Origin: an uncultured Gammaproteobacteria bacterium
Lineage (GTDB): Bacteria; Patescibacteriota; Microgenomatia; UBA12405
Direction of reading: 5' to 3'
NCBI GenBank assembly: GCA_964448705.1
Contig: CAYUZS010000003.1
Span: 9,384-73,383 of the forward strand
Length of the DNA stretch: 64,000 nt
Made by a program: the position numbers and the translations under genes. The notes under the pieces were generated by a model that was given only the letters and a program-made list of their open reading frames with translations, ran no database searches and was not told the DNA's origin. Of the stretch, positions 38,589 to 47,400 are shown piece by piece; the stretch's first letter is position 1; every line of letters begins with the position of its first letter.

Positions 38589-39203
38589 ATGTTGTTTCCT
38601 TCTACACTATTTATCTCTTCTCTTGACACCATTCCCCAGGATTATTTAGATCAATTAGGCCATAAAAAATTGTTAAACAATCCCGATATTCTCATTGTTA
38701 ATGATTATTCCATAGAAAATATTCGTTCACTTAAAAACTTTCTCTCCCGGCAGCCTTATTCCCATGACAACAAAATTATTTTAATCCCTCATGCTGACCT
38801 TCTTAGTTCCGAATCACAAAACACTCTTTTGAAAAGTCTCGAAGAACCTGGGGAAAACAATTATTTTGTTCTGATCACCTCCAAACCCGGTTCTCTTTTG
38901 CCGACCATCGTCTCCCGTTGTCAGCAGATAAGAGATGTTTCCCGATCGGAAACAGACACCACACCGGCTCTCTCTATCCCTAAAAATATTTCCGAAAAAC
39001 TGGCTCTTTCTGAATCCTTAGCCGGCAGTCGGGAGGAAACTTTAAAATATCTTTCTTCGCAAATCGCAGTTTATCAAAAAAAGCTTCTCCGTACTCCCGA
39101 TCAGGAAACATCGATGATTATTGGTAAACTTATTAAAGCTGTTCAGATGGTTAATGCCAATATCGATTCAAAATCTGTTTTTGATTTCCTGTTTTTATCA
39201 TAG
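38589..39203 (+). CDS. holB: DNA polymerase III delta-prime-like clamp-loader subunit (short form)
   Basis: Clamp-loader motifs NTLLKSLEEP and TIVSRCQ; 204 aa, shorter than the canonical ~300 aa. Confidence 0.6.
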   Translation: MLFPSTLFISSLDTIPQDYLDQLGHKKLLNNPDILIVNDYSIENIRSLKNFLSRQPYSHDNKIILIPHADLLSSESQNTLLKSLEEPGENNYFVLITSKPGSLLPTIVSRCQQIRDVSRSETDTTPALSIPKNISEKLALSESLAGSREETLKYLSSQIAVYQKKLLRTPDQETSMIIGKLIKAVQMVNANIDSKSVFDFLFLS

Positions 39204-39256
39204 TTTTATATTTTTCCCCGCACTATCACCTCAACAGTTTTCCAAAAGATGTTATA

Positions 39257-40399
39257 ATGAGCCAGATGTTTTCACCCATCTTTTCAATCAATAACAGTAT
39301 TATCAAGAATATTGGCGCTATTGAAGCCGCCAAGGCTATTATTGACGAAGCTCCTCTTATCCCTGCTTACGAAAGACAATTCCAACAGGACGCTATTGTC
39401 CGCACTGTTCATTTTGGCACCCGGATTGAAGGTAACGATCTGACTTTTCAGGAAGTTGCCAAACTTGTCGAAGGCCACCAGATCACTGCCACTGAAAGAG
39501 ATGTTCAGGAAGTCATCAACTATCGGAATGTTATCAACTACTTAGAAGAATTGTGGAATCTTTACGAAAAAAATATGCCTCTCCCGGAGGAAAAAACCAT
39601 CCCCAATTTCGATTCATCCGGTCATCGGCCTTTTTTTTACAGTGAAACAATAATCAAAAAAATTCATGAATTAACCACCACTAAAATTATTCCCGATTCT
39701 GAAGTCGGAAAATACCGTCATCAACAGGTGGTTTTGAAAAATACCCGTACCGGAGAAATTGCCCACCGACCGCCTCCGGCTATCGAAGTTCCTTATTTGA
39801 TTACGGATTTAGTCGAATGGTTAAATTTACCCGAATCAAGGGAAATTCATCCTGCCATCCGCGCTGCCATTGTTCATTACATTTTGGTTGCCATCCATCC
39901 ATTTATCGAAGGCAACGGCCGTGTATCCAGGGCTTTTGCCATGCTTCCGCTTTATGTTGAAAGTTATGATATCCGTCGCTTGTTCTCCATAGAAGAATAC
40001 TTCGACCGCAATGCCGAAAGTTATTACAATACTATCCAGGAAACCCACCAATTATCTTTTGACATTTTTAAACGCGATCTTACCAAATGGATTGTTTATT
40101 TCACTGAAGCTCTTAGCATTGAACTCACCAGAGTCAAAGAAAAAGTCCAGTCGCTTTCTCGGGATATTAAATTTAAGCAAAAGTTAGGCAATAAACAAGT
40201 TCATTTAACCGAAAGACAGATTAAACTGGTCGAATACATGCAGCAGTTTGGCGGTCTCCGGATGCCCGATGCCAAATCGCTTTTACCAATGGTTTCCGAC
40301 GATACTATTTGGCGTGATCTGAAAAAATTAATCGATGACAAGGTTTGTGAAAAACGGGGTAGCACTAAGGGTGCTTATTACTGTTTGGCTAATGTCTAG
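39257..40399 (+). CDS. Fic-domain protein (putative AMPylator) with C-terminal winged-helix domain
   Basis: Canonical Fic motif HPFIEGNGRVSRAF; N-terminal inhibitory-helix-like TRIEGN around residue 55; likely translational start at the second ATG (39266), 7 nt after TATAAT. Confidence 0.85.
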   Translation: MSQMFSPIFSINNSIIKNIGAIEAAKAIIDEAPLIPAYERQFQQDAIVRTVHFGTRIEGNDLTFQEVAKLVEGHQITATERDVQEVINYRNVINYLEELWNLYEKNMPLPEEKTIPNFDSSGHRPFFYSETIIKKIHELTTTKIIPDSEVGKYRHQQVVLKNTRTGEIAHRPPPAIEVPYLITDLVEWLNLPESREIHPAIRAAIVHYILVAIHPFIEGNGRVSRAFAMLPLYVESYDIRRLFSIEEYFDRNAESYYNTIQETHQLSFDIFKRDLTKWIVYFTEALSIELTRVKEKVQSLSRDIKFKQKLGNKQVHLTERQIKLVEYMQQFGGLRMPDAKSLLPMVSDDTIWRDLKKLIDDKVCEKRGSTKGAYYCLANV

Positions 40400-40438
40400 A
40401 AACATCACCTCGACCTGGCCTTAGTTTATAATTTCCTT

Positions 40439-42364
40439 ATGACGACTTTAGATTCCTTGGACTTGCAAAATATTTCTCCTGAACAATTGGGCGAACTTCT
40501 TATCGAAGCCAAAAAAGCCTATTACACCACCGGCAAGCCGATTATGGATGATCATACCTACGATACCCTTGAAGAAATTCTTCGTCAAAAATCTCCCTAC
40601 CATAGGATTTTTTCCAAGATCGGCAATCCTAATTTTGATACCGGCTGGGCTAAAAAGAAACACACTATGCCCATGGGTTCACAAAATAAAGTCAACCTCT
40701 ATCAGGACTTGATTCACTATTTTGAGTTGAAAAAAGTTTCTTCTCCAAAACTAGTGGTTCAACCAAAATGTGACGGTGTTTCCCTGGAAATTGAATATCA
40801 AAATGGCCGTTTGGTTGATGCTATCACCCGCGGTGATGGTTTAATCGGTGATGTGATCACTCAAAACGTCATTAAAATGAAAAATTTTGTCCGGAATTTA
40901 CCCGAAGACTTGTCCTGCTCCGTTCGCTGCGAAATAGTTGTCACCAAAAATGATTTTCAAAAACTGAATAGTTTGCCAACTAGCAAAAAAGAATCTTATT
41001 CCAATCCCCGTAATGCCGTTTCCGGTCTTGCTCAGAGACTTGATTCCGAATTTTCCGATCTGTGCACCTTAATGGCAGTCGACATTTATCCTTTTCACAC
41101 CTTTGAATCGGAAAAAATTAACACCCTTAAAAAATTGGGTTTCTCTACTGTTGATTCGATAATTTGTAGTTCCTATGACGAAGTCGAAAATATTTACCGG
41201 GAATTTTTAAACTCAAAAAGAGAAAAATATCCCTATGATATTGATGGTTTAGTAGTAAAAATAGATGATCTCAGTTTGGCTGCTAAACTGGGTGTTAAAA
41301 ATAACCGTCCAAAATATCAGGTTGCCTACAAATTCCCGGCTGATTCTAACCAAACTCAAATTAAAAATATTACCTGGCAGGTTGGGCCGATGGGTTCTGT
41401 CACTCCGGTAGGGGAGGTTGATCCGATTCAACTCTCCGGAGCAGTAGTCACTTTTGCTTCTCTGGGAAATTACGATTTGGTTGTCGGAAAAAATCTTAAC
41501 ATCGGAGATATCGTCGAAATATCCCGCCGCGGAGACGTGATTCCTCATGTTGAAAAAGTTATTACCAAAGTCAACCCCGGCCACATCGACATTCCCACCC
41601 ATTGCCCCTCTTGTCAAACCCTTCTGGTCAAAGAAGATAAATTCCTTCGTTGCCCCAACATTAATTGTTTGTCTCAAATCCTGGGTTCACTCAGATTGTT
41701 TTGCGACACTCTCTCTGTTCTTGGCCTCTCCGACAAAACTATTGCCAAACTCTATCAGGCCAAACGTATTCGTCTTCCTGGTGATTTTTTCACTTTAACC
41801 GTTGACGATATTAAAGACCTGGAAAATTTGGGTGAAAAATCTGCAAAAAATATTATTTTCCAAATCCAATCTAAAAAAAAGCTTACCCTTAGACAGGTTT
41901 TCGATGCCGCCATTATTCCCCATTTTTCAACTCAAAGAATCCAGCAATTGATTACTTCCGGATACGATACTCCCCAAAAGATCCTCAGCTTAACTGTTGA
42001 AGAATTGGAAAGTCTTCCCGGATTCCAAAAGACCTTGGCTAAAAAAGTTATTACCGGTATTCAGCTTCGTCGGCCATGGATCGAATCCATACTCTCTCAA
42101 GTGGAAATCAAAGATCAAAATTCAACCTCTCTTAAATTTTCCGGTCTCTCTTTTGCCATTACCGGTGATCTTTCTCAGCCCCGTCCCAAAATTATTGAAA
42201 TCATTGAAACCAACGGTGGAAAGTTTGTCTCCGCTGTTTCTAAAAACACTAATTATTTACTTACCAACGAAACCGATTCCTCTTCCTCTAAATTTAAAAC
42301 AGCTAAAAAACTTAATATTCCCATCATTAACGAAGAAAAATTTTTTCAAATGATTAAACATTAG
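40439..42364 (+). CDS. ligA: NAD-dependent DNA ligase
   Basis: Adenylation KxDG (VVQPKCDGVS), OB fold, Zn finger (CPSCQTLL...CPNINC), HhH and C-terminal BRCT; 641 aa; TATAAT 6 nt before the ATG. Confidence 0.9.
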   Translation: MTTLDSLDLQNISPEQLGELLIEAKKAYYTTGKPIMDDHTYDTLEEILRQKSPYHRIFSKIGNPNFDTGWAKKKHTMPMGSQNKVNLYQDLIHYFELKKVSSPKLVVQPKCDGVSLEIEYQNGRLVDAITRGDGLIGDVITQNVIKMKNFVRNLPEDLSCSVRCEIVVTKNDFQKLNSLPTSKKESYSNPRNAVSGLAQRLDSEFSDLCTLMAVDIYPFHTFESEKINTLKKLGFSTVDSIICSSYDEVENIYREFLNSKREKYPYDIDGLVVKIDDLSLAAKLGVKNNRPKYQVAYKFPADSNQTQIKNITWQVGPMGSVTPVGEVDPIQLSGAVVTFASLGNYDLVVGKNLNIGDIVEISRRGDVIPHVEKVITKVNPGHIDIPTHCPSCQTLLVKEDKFLRCPNINCLSQILGSLRLFCDTLSVLGLSDKTIAKLYQAKRIRLPGDFFTLTVDDIKDLENLGEKSAKNIIFQIQSKKKLTLRQVFDAAIIPHFSTQRIQQLITSGYDTPQKILSLTVEELESLPGFQKTLAKKVITGIQLRRPWIESILSQVEIKDQNSTSLKFSGLSFAITGDLSQPRPKIIEIIETNGGKFVSAVSKNTNYLLTNETDSSSSKFKTAKKLNIPIINEEKFFQMIKH

Positions 42365-42467
42365 CAGTCGGATGTATATACTGCTAACATATATATCAAA
42401 TTAAATATTACCCAATCATAGACATAATTTATATAACAATCTATATCATGATAGAATAAACTAGTCT

Positions 42468-42920
42468 ATGAAACTATTTATCGGTCTTGGAAATCCCGGA
42501 GAAAAATATCAAAATACCCGCCATAACATTGGTAAAACTATTGTTTCTAAGTTAAAACCTGTTCCCGGTAAAAAATTTGCTTCCACTGATAATTATATGA
42601 ATGAATCGGGGATTGGAGTTCAGAAGCTGGTTCATTTCTACAAAATCGAGCCGGAAGATCTTTATCTGATTCATGACGATCTGGATTTGCCGGTAGGGGA
42701 GTATCGTCTTCAATTTGACCGCGGTCCTGCCGGCCATCACGGTGTCGAATCAGTAATCCTACATCTCCATACACAGGCTTTTTGGCGTTTTCGTATCGGT
42801 GTCGGCCATCCCCAAAAAGAAGCTGTTGAAGATTATGTCCTTCGTCCTTTTACTCTTGAAGAAAAGGAGATAATTAGTCAAGTTATTGATAAAATAACTG
42901 ACGAAATCAAAGAAATCTAG
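42468..42920 (+). CDS. pth: Peptidyl-tRNA hydrolase (compact, 150 aa)
   Basis: MKLFIGLGNPGEKYQNTRHNIG N-terminal signature; HDDLDLP; ~40 residues shorter than typical Pth. Confidence 0.85.
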   Translation: MKLFIGLGNPGEKYQNTRHNIGKTIVSKLKPVPGKKFASTDNYMNESGIGVQKLVHFYKIEPEDLYLIHDDLDLPVGEYRLQFDRGPAGHHGVESVILHLHTQAFWRFRIGVGHPQKEAVEDYVLRPFTLEEKEIISQVIDKITDEIKEI

Positions 42921-42993
42921 GGCTCGTAGTTAAACGGTATAACATGTCATTCGCATTGACATATTAGGGGTTCAATTCCCCTCGAGTCCACCA
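42920..42993 (+). tRNA. tRNA-Ala (anticodon CGC) with encoded CCA
   Basis: Hand-folded: acceptor GGGCTCG/CGAGTCC with G3·U70 wobble (Ala identity element), D-arm GTTA-AACGGTA-TAAC, anticodon stem TGTCA/TGACA with loop TTCGCAT, T-arm AGGGG-TTCAATT-CCCCT, discriminator A, CCA; 5' end overlaps the last base of the pth stop codon. Confidence 0.85.
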
Positions 42994-43256
42994 CTGTTTT
43001 CCCCATCGCTCGTCCACATTTTCAAGCATTGTATCGGTACATCTAACTCGTTGGCATTTTTACATACTACTACTGCCCCAAAATGGGGATATCCTCCCAA
43101 AAAATAGCATTCTCCTTCCCTCGAGGTACATTCAGATAATTCCACCCCGCCAAATCTAACCACTCTGTGAACCGGGATTTCAACTATTTGCCCATCGTAC
43201 ACTTTCCCGATTCCCGGAACAAAAATATATTCCGGTTTTTGAAATTCCGTTTTCAT
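42972..43256 (-). CDS. Hypothetical protein (94 aa)
   Basis: ORF whose 3' end overlaps the tRNA-Ala 3' end by ~20 nt; no motif support. Confidence 0.2.
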   Translation of the reverse strand: MKTEFQKPEYIFVPGIGKVYDGQIVEIPVHRVVRFGGVELSECTSREGECYFLGGYPHFGAVVVCKNANELDVPIQCLKMWTSDGENSGGLEGN

Positions 43257-43268
43257 TTAAGGGGAATT

Positions 43269-43781
43269 TTATCTAAGTTCTAAGGAATTTACAAATTTAT
43301 TGAACTCTTCGTCATATTTTATGTTTTCATTAGAGTTGGCCGTCATCGCCGCTGTCAACACTTTTCCTTCTTTAATTAAAAAAACTGTTCTTTCATATCC
43401 TTCATTTTTCAAAAATGTTATTCCGGTTGTATTTTGCCATTCGATTTTTTCTTCTTTATATTTCTCCTTGTTCAAACGTCTCATCTGCACTCCCGATATT
43501 TCCTCAAAATCATTGACTGCCGTATCTTTTAATGTCACTACTATCTGGCTTAAAATTCCGCTTTTGCCAATCAGCAGCCAATTTCCGTTTTCTTCTCTCA
43601 ATTCATATTTGTTTTCATAGGAAAAACTTAATTCTTTTCCGTCATAACGAATATACTCCATCGGTGTTGGAGTCGCTGCTTTTTTGCTTTGGTCGTCAAT
43701 TTTGCCTTTAGCCGGGGCATTCAGCCACCACCACCCTCCGGCACCGATTATTAATAATAATATTATTAATTTCTTCTTCAT
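43269..43781 (-). CDS. Hypothetical secreted or membrane-anchored protein (170 aa)
   Basis: N-terminal hydrophobic helix (MKKKLIILLLIIGAGGWWWL); last gene of the long minus-strand surface-protein operon. Confidence 0.45.
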   Translation of the reverse strand: MKKKLIILLLIIGAGGWWWLNAPAKGKIDDQSKKAATPTPMEYIRYDGKELSFSYENKYELREENGNWLLIGKSGILSQIVVTLKDTAVNDFEEISGVQMRRLNKEKYKEEKIEWQNTTGITFLKNEGYERTVFLIKEGKVLTAAMTANSNENIKYDEEFNKFVNSLELR

Positions 43782-44459
43782 CTACTTTTCCCTGTCTTTA
43801 CCCAAGATGATTAAAATATCTGCTTGGGGAGGAACTTCTCCTGCCGGTAAATTAACCACTTTTGCTTCTAAAAAAGTTCCTAAATCATTCAATATCTCAC
43901 TATACTTTCCTGAAACATCAACAATTATTGTCTGTTGATAGTTTTTATTAACTGCCTCACTTTTTTGATTTATAACAAAGTCCGGAAACTGTTCAGATAA
44001 TTCCTTTTCCATCTTCGTGCCAAGACTTGAAACCTGAGTCCCATTATAAATGGCAATTTTTGGTGGAGTATTGTCTATCACCGTGGTCCTGAATTGTGTC
44101 AGTTCGGCATTTGTTGACGCCGGATTATTGTTGGCTGTAGCCACCATTGCCACATCAACGATCTTATCCGTTTCTGGACGGTATAAAATTGCTTTTCCAC
44201 TGTCCCGATAAATCAAAACTTTGTCTCCATTCTTCGCACTTTTAAAAAAGTTATCCGAAGCCAACTTTTCCGCATCTGTTACTGTCGCCAAAGTTACCTG
44301 TCCTTCAGGTAAAACCATTAATCTGGCAACTTTTTCCGCCACCAATTCCACCTCTTCCTTACCCCTTTTGGAATTAAATTTCCAACCCCAGTTAACCAAC
44401 ATCACTATCATTCCCAAAAATACCAATCCTGCAATCAGTTTTAAATTTTTATTTTTCAT
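43782..44459 (-). CDS. Hypothetical membrane-anchored protein (start probably MKNKNLKLIAGLVFLGMIV)
   Basis: ORF track extends to 44516; internal Met followed by a transmembrane helix is the likelier start; ~225 aa. Confidence 0.4.
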   Translation of the reverse strand: MKNKNLKLIAGLVFLGMIVMLVNWGWKFNSKRGKEEVELVAEKVARLMVLPEGQVTLATVTDAEKLASDNFFKSAKNGDKVLIYRDSGKAILYRPETDKIVDVAMVATANNNPASTNAELTQFRTTVIDNTPPKIAIYNGTQVSSLGTKMEKELSEQFPDFVINQKSEAVNKNYQQTIIVDVSGKYSEILNDLGTFLEAKVVNLPAGEVPPQADILIILGKDREK

Positions 44460-44472
44460 TGTGTTGCTGTCT

Positions 44473-47400
44473 TTAAAAAGTATAACTCTGTTTACTGCCG
44501 CTGCTAAACCAGGCACCGTGTCTCATTAATTGATTAGCACTGGGGCCGGTTCTTAATGTTGTGAAGGAGAATGGTGTTGCTTGCGTACCCGACCAGGTTC
44601 CGCTGCCGTTCGGATCTATCGCCCAGCTTTTCCAAAAATAAGTTGTCGATTGTATTAACGGATTACTGGAAAGTACAGTATATACTGCTGTCGTCCCTAC
44701 GGAATAATATAATCCGGAAACGTTTTGGCCAGACCATCCAATTTGGGAACTTGTTTGATCGACTATTTGGCAGCCGGCTGTCATTCCGGAGTCAGTGCAT
44801 ATTTGAATCCGGTATTGTAAATTATCGCCATCAGCATCCGTACTTACAGTTTTATATGTTGGCTCTAACAACTGTCCGATACCTCCGTTATCCGGTAACA
44901 GTAAACTTGGTATTTCCGGAGCATTATTGCTTGTCGTTCTGGCTTTCCACGCTGCATACCGATAATTTAAACCTGATTTATTGGTTTCTCCGGCAGTTCC
45001 TAAAGTAAACCCTGTAGTGCCCGTTCCAGTTACTGCATTAGATATTGTGGCTGCATTTACAAATGGTAAAACCCCATTGGTGGCCATTTCCGGAGTTTTA
45101 GATACCGCTCTGGTACCACCGACTCCTTTTACCCACAGATAATCCGGTTGTAAACCGGTATTAATTCCTTTTGCCGCTCCGCTTCCGGCGTATGTTCCCA
45201 GAGTAAATCCCACTCCTGCTTTAAAACCGAAAAAATAGTAAATATTTGCGGCTGTATTTACGTTTGAAGATGTTCCCAGTTGAAATCCGTTAGAAGTTAT
45301 AGACTGAATCATATTAGTCGTCTCTGCTGAGGCTGTAAGAAAACTCGTCACATCTCCCGTCATGTTCGCCGTTTTAAAAACCGGTGCTCCGCTTCCGCTT
45401 CTTTTAATTGCTACCAAATCCGGTTGATAGGGAAGTCTTCCTACATTAACATTATCCAGACCGTTTCCATAATATGCTCCGATAAAGAAATCTTTCGATC
45501 CGGATTGCTTTTGCGGATTCCAGGCATTCCCGAATGCTGTCCAATAATAGGTTGTTCCTGAAGTATTAACCGAACCATTGCTGCCGACAGTAAATCCATT
45601 GTTGTTTAAAGAGGTGATTGCTTCCGCTAAGTTGGCGGTGGTTGCTCCTAGGTATCCCGAAGCATTTCCGGTCATAATCCTGGTTCTGAATATTCCATAA
45701 GAAGTGCTTCCACCTTTAATGATTACTAAGTCCGGTTCAAAGACCATATTGCCGATAATTTGGGCATTTCCAGTCCCTGTGTACGAACCAGTAGTCATTA
45801 GGAAGTTGCCGTCGGTATTAATTTCCGTGCTTCCTTTAAACGTTGCCCAATAAAGGGTGTTGCCTACCCCTGCCACTGTACCATTACTGCCTAAAGTAAA
45901 TCCATTGTCAGTTAATCCGGTAATCGCGTTTGTTAAATTTGCAGTTGCCACAAAATGACTGGAACTGCCGCTTAATGTTTCTACCGAATTAGCAACTGCT
46001 CCTGAAGTTCCCACATTGGCATTTTTTAAAAACATCCAATCCGGTTTAAACCCTACTGAATTAATGTAAGCTGTTGTTCCGATTCCGATAGTTGTTCCCA
46101 CCCCGATTGCTCCGTCAACATTTTTAAAAGCAGCATAATAGTAAATACCCGAGGAGACATTATTGGAAACTCCCACCCCAAAGGTTCCTGTTCCCATGGA
46201 AGTAAAATAATCTCCGGCAGTTGATTGGGTACTGGCATGAAAATATTGACCGACATTTGTCGGCATCACTGATGATTTCCAACCGGCAGCCACTGCCGTC
46301 GATCTTTTTACCCAAACTAAGTCCGGAGTAAAACCGGTACTAATACTTCTGGGAGAAGAACCGTTTCCGGTAAAAGCACCTACACAAAATACTCCACTGG
46401 AAGTACAGTCTGATCCGGCAAATGCTGTCCAGGTGTATCTTGAATTAGCAGTCGCTGCTGTACCGACAACTGTAAATCCATCATCTTCTAAAGTAATCAG
46501 TCCGGCAGTGCTGTCTGCTGAAGCTGATCCTAAAAAGGCCACCGTGCCATTGGCCATGATATTGGTTTTAAAAATAGTGGCCGTGGTATTGGAATCAGAT
46601 TTCAAAACCACCATTTCCGGTTTAAACCCTAAACCGGTTATCCGATTAAAATAACCGGAACCAATGTAGTAGCCGGTTTTAACATTGTAGGCTTGGGGAG
46701 CAGGAGTTGCTGTGGTCGATCCTATTCCCTCCTGCCACGCCGCATACCGATAATTTAAACCTGATTTATTGGTTTCTCCGGCAGTTCCTAAAGTAAACCC
46801 TGTAGTGCCCGTTCCAGTTACTGCATTAGATATTGTGGCTGCATTTACAAATGGTAAAACCCCATTGGTGGCCATTTCCGGAGTTTTAGATACCGCTCTG
46901 GTACCACCGACTCCTTTTACCCACAGATAATCCGGTTGTAAACCGGTATTAATTCCTTTTGCCGCTCCGCTTCCGGCGTATGTTCCCAGAGTAAATCCCA
47001 CTCCTGCTTTAAAACCGAAAAAATAGTAAATATTTGCGGCTGTATTTACGTTTGAAGATGTTCCCAGTTGAAATCCGTTAGAAGTTATAGACTGAATCAT
47101 ATTAGTCGTCTCTGCTGAGGCTGTAAGAAAACTCGTCACATCTCCCGTCATGTTCGCCGTTTTAAAAACCGGTGCTCCGCTTCCGCTTCTTTTAATTGCT
47201 ACCAAATCCGGTTGATAGGGAAGTCTTCCTACATTAACATTATCCAGACCGTTTCCATAATATGCTCCGATAAAGAAATCTTTCGATCCGGATTGCTTTT
47301 GCGGATTCCAGGCATTCCCGAATGCTGTCCAATAATAGGTTGTTCCTGAAGTATTAACCGAACCATTGCTGCCGACAGTAAATCCATTGTTGTTTAAAGA

